Source of the DNA: Schmidtea polychroa
Taxonomy: Eukaryota
DNA length: 64,000 nt
Reading direction: 5' to 3'
Assembly (NCBI GenBank): GCA_044892525.1
Contig: CM097885.1
Span: 26,290,001-26,354,000, forward strand
The position numbers and the translations under genes were made by a program. Below are positions 61,842-64,000 of the stretch, in pieces (within the stretch, counting starts at the first letter, position 1; the number at the start of each line of letters is the position of its first letter). The notes beneath the pieces are model-generated. The model made no database searches and was not told the DNA's origin. It saw only the letters and a list, made by a program, of their open reading frames with translations.

Positions 61842-64000
61842 GTTGTGAACAATTTAGTTATTAAAAGGTTTTATCATTATTATTATTATACAATTATTCA
61901 ACAGATATCTTAGGTTTTTATCTAGTCAAATGGAAGATCTTGATATATACAACATCCGAAATCATTCTCACTACTAGAACACAAAATAAAACACCTTCGA
62001 CAATGGTAAAGAGCTTCTCTCAAATTTGGTCATAATTTTTTTATAATGATATTTAATGATGAAATTATTAGTATTTTTTAATGATATTTAAATTTTTATA
62101 ATGATCTTAAGAGTAAAAATATTTTGAAATAAATATAAGGGGAAATCCCTCGCAAAAATTTGGTTTTTTGGTTTATCATCATGGATTTCAAGGGCCCAAA
62201 TTTCTTTGTACAACATATACAACATACGAAATCATTCTCAGTACTAGAACACAAAATGAAACACCCTCGACAATGGTAAAGAGCTTCAAATCTCAGACAA
62301 TCATAATTATCCATAGAAATAACAACAACTTTGAAATAGGTCTACGAAAGTGCGATATCTCAATTTATGTTTTCCCTGATGAAAATTTATTATGACATAA
62401 TTCGAATAAAGCAAAAGAATTTCAAATTGATATCAATAATCACAGTTCACAATCATCAAAATACTCCGGTGAGAATGATCCTTCGTACTTTAAAATTGGG
62501 ATAACAATAAGCAACCCATATCTTCATGGACAACAGAAGATATCTTAGAGTTTTATCTAGTCAAAGGGAAGATCTTGATATATACAAAATCCGAAATCAT
62601 TCTCACTACTAGAACACAAAATAAATCACCCTCGACAATGGTAAAGAGCTTCAAACCTCAGACAATCATAAATATCCATAGAAATAACAAGTTTATAATA
62701 GGTCTACAAAAGGGCGATATCTGGATTTATGATATTCCAGAAGGCATTTTTGTGAAGGTTTTCATCGGGAATTTCAAATTGATATCAATAATCAGATATA
62801 AGGAATGGATGTTCTTAAGGCCTAAATGTATAGCCTTTTGAGTGATAAATAGAGCAACAAGGCTAGGGGAATAACATTGAACGTTACCGACTTAAAACAT
62901 CAATCGTAATTTGATTGTTATCATAATAATTCGATGATTTCAATACCACAATCTCGAATAGTAAGTAATAATCATCAGTTATTTACAAAAAAATATATAA
63001 AATTAGCCCTAACTATTCTTGATGATAATAGGCATTGGGTAAATAAAAATGAAAGTTTAGCATATGGTCATTATGAAATAGTTAACATTTTTGTGAAGGT
63101 TTTCATGGGGAATTTCAAATTGATATATATCATTTTATTGTTTTATTATTATTATTATTCCAGCTGAATTATCTCTACGCCGGCTTTCTCTATAAGCTTC
63201 GGCATTTCCGTTTTTGGTTTATCATCATGGATTTCAAGGCCCCAAATTTCTTTGTACAACATATACAACATACGAAATAATTCTCACTACTAGAACATAA
63301 AATAAAGCACCCTCGACCATGGTAAAGAGCTTCATTGTCGATAAATATCCATAGAAATAACAACAAGTTTGAAATAGGTCTACAAAAGGGCGATATCTGG
63401 ATTTATGACTTACCAGAAAGCATTTTCGTGAAGGTTTTCCTCGGGAATTTCAAATTGATATCAATAATCACAGTTCACAATCAACAGGTTACACTTTCAT
63501 CTAAATCCTACGGTGAGAATGATTCTTCGTACTTAAATAATGGGATAACAATAAGGAACCCATATCTTCAGGGACAACAGAAGATATCTTAGAGTTTTAT
63601 CTAGTCAAATGGAAGATCTTGATATATACAACATACGAAATCATTCTCACTACTAGAGCACCCTCGACAATGGTAAAGAGCTTCAAACATCATACAATCA
63701 TAAATATCCATAGAAATAACAGCAAGTTTGAAATAGGTCTACAAAAGGGCGATATCTGGATTTATGATTTCCCAGAAGGCATTTTTGTGAAGGTTTTCAT
63801 CGGGAATTTCAAATTGATATCAATAATCAGATATAAGGAATGGGTGTTCTTAAGGCCTAAATGCTATAGCCTTTTGAGTGATAAAGAGAGCAACAAGGCT
63901 AAGGGAATAACATTGAAGGTTACCGACTTAAAACATCAATCGTAACTTGATTGTTATCATAATAATTCGATGATTTCAATACCACAATCTCGAATAGTAA

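Larger units (their letters stand above)
42629..64000 (+). repeat. Modular satellite array, segment 4, with ~5-kb higher-order repeats containing MITE and hAT
   Basis: Same blocks plus extra sub-blocks; periods 4987 and 5339 bp; (TAT)5 only. Confidence 0.95.

Overview
Very AT-rich eukaryotic (probably invertebrate) repeat region with no recognisable host housekeeping gene. (1) 1-4.6 kb: compact intronless ORFs (5'-truncated TBP-like, Cys-rich, RING finger) that look like an endogenous DNA-virus remnant, interrupted by a 906-bp Gypsy-type 3' LTR with its polypurine tract. (2) From ~4.7 kb to the end: a modular satellite (~0.5-0.9 kb monomers). Its core translates, through one shared stop, as the C-terminus of a Polinton-type protein-primed DNA polymerase. 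(3) Inserted in this satellite is a ~14.3-kb Polinton/Maverick (adintovirus-like) element at 28298-42628. It encodes MCP, a Zn-finger/PLA2/integrase fusion, packaging ATPase, pX-like, PZ-like, adenain protease, penton, fibre-like and membrane proteins, and pPolB. Its right TIR is truncated. Its left 3.2 kb, with an intact MCP gene, is tandemly copied twice upstream. The left end carries three tRNA-like Pol III units and a hairpin-rich island, and a fourth unit lies in the right TIR. (4) 46-62 kb: a 173-bp Charlie-type hAT MITE (4 copies) and a 2261-bp intact hAT transposon (3 copies), each inserted once and amplified with a ~5-kb higher-order repeat. Family assignments come from motif recognition by eye, not database searches.
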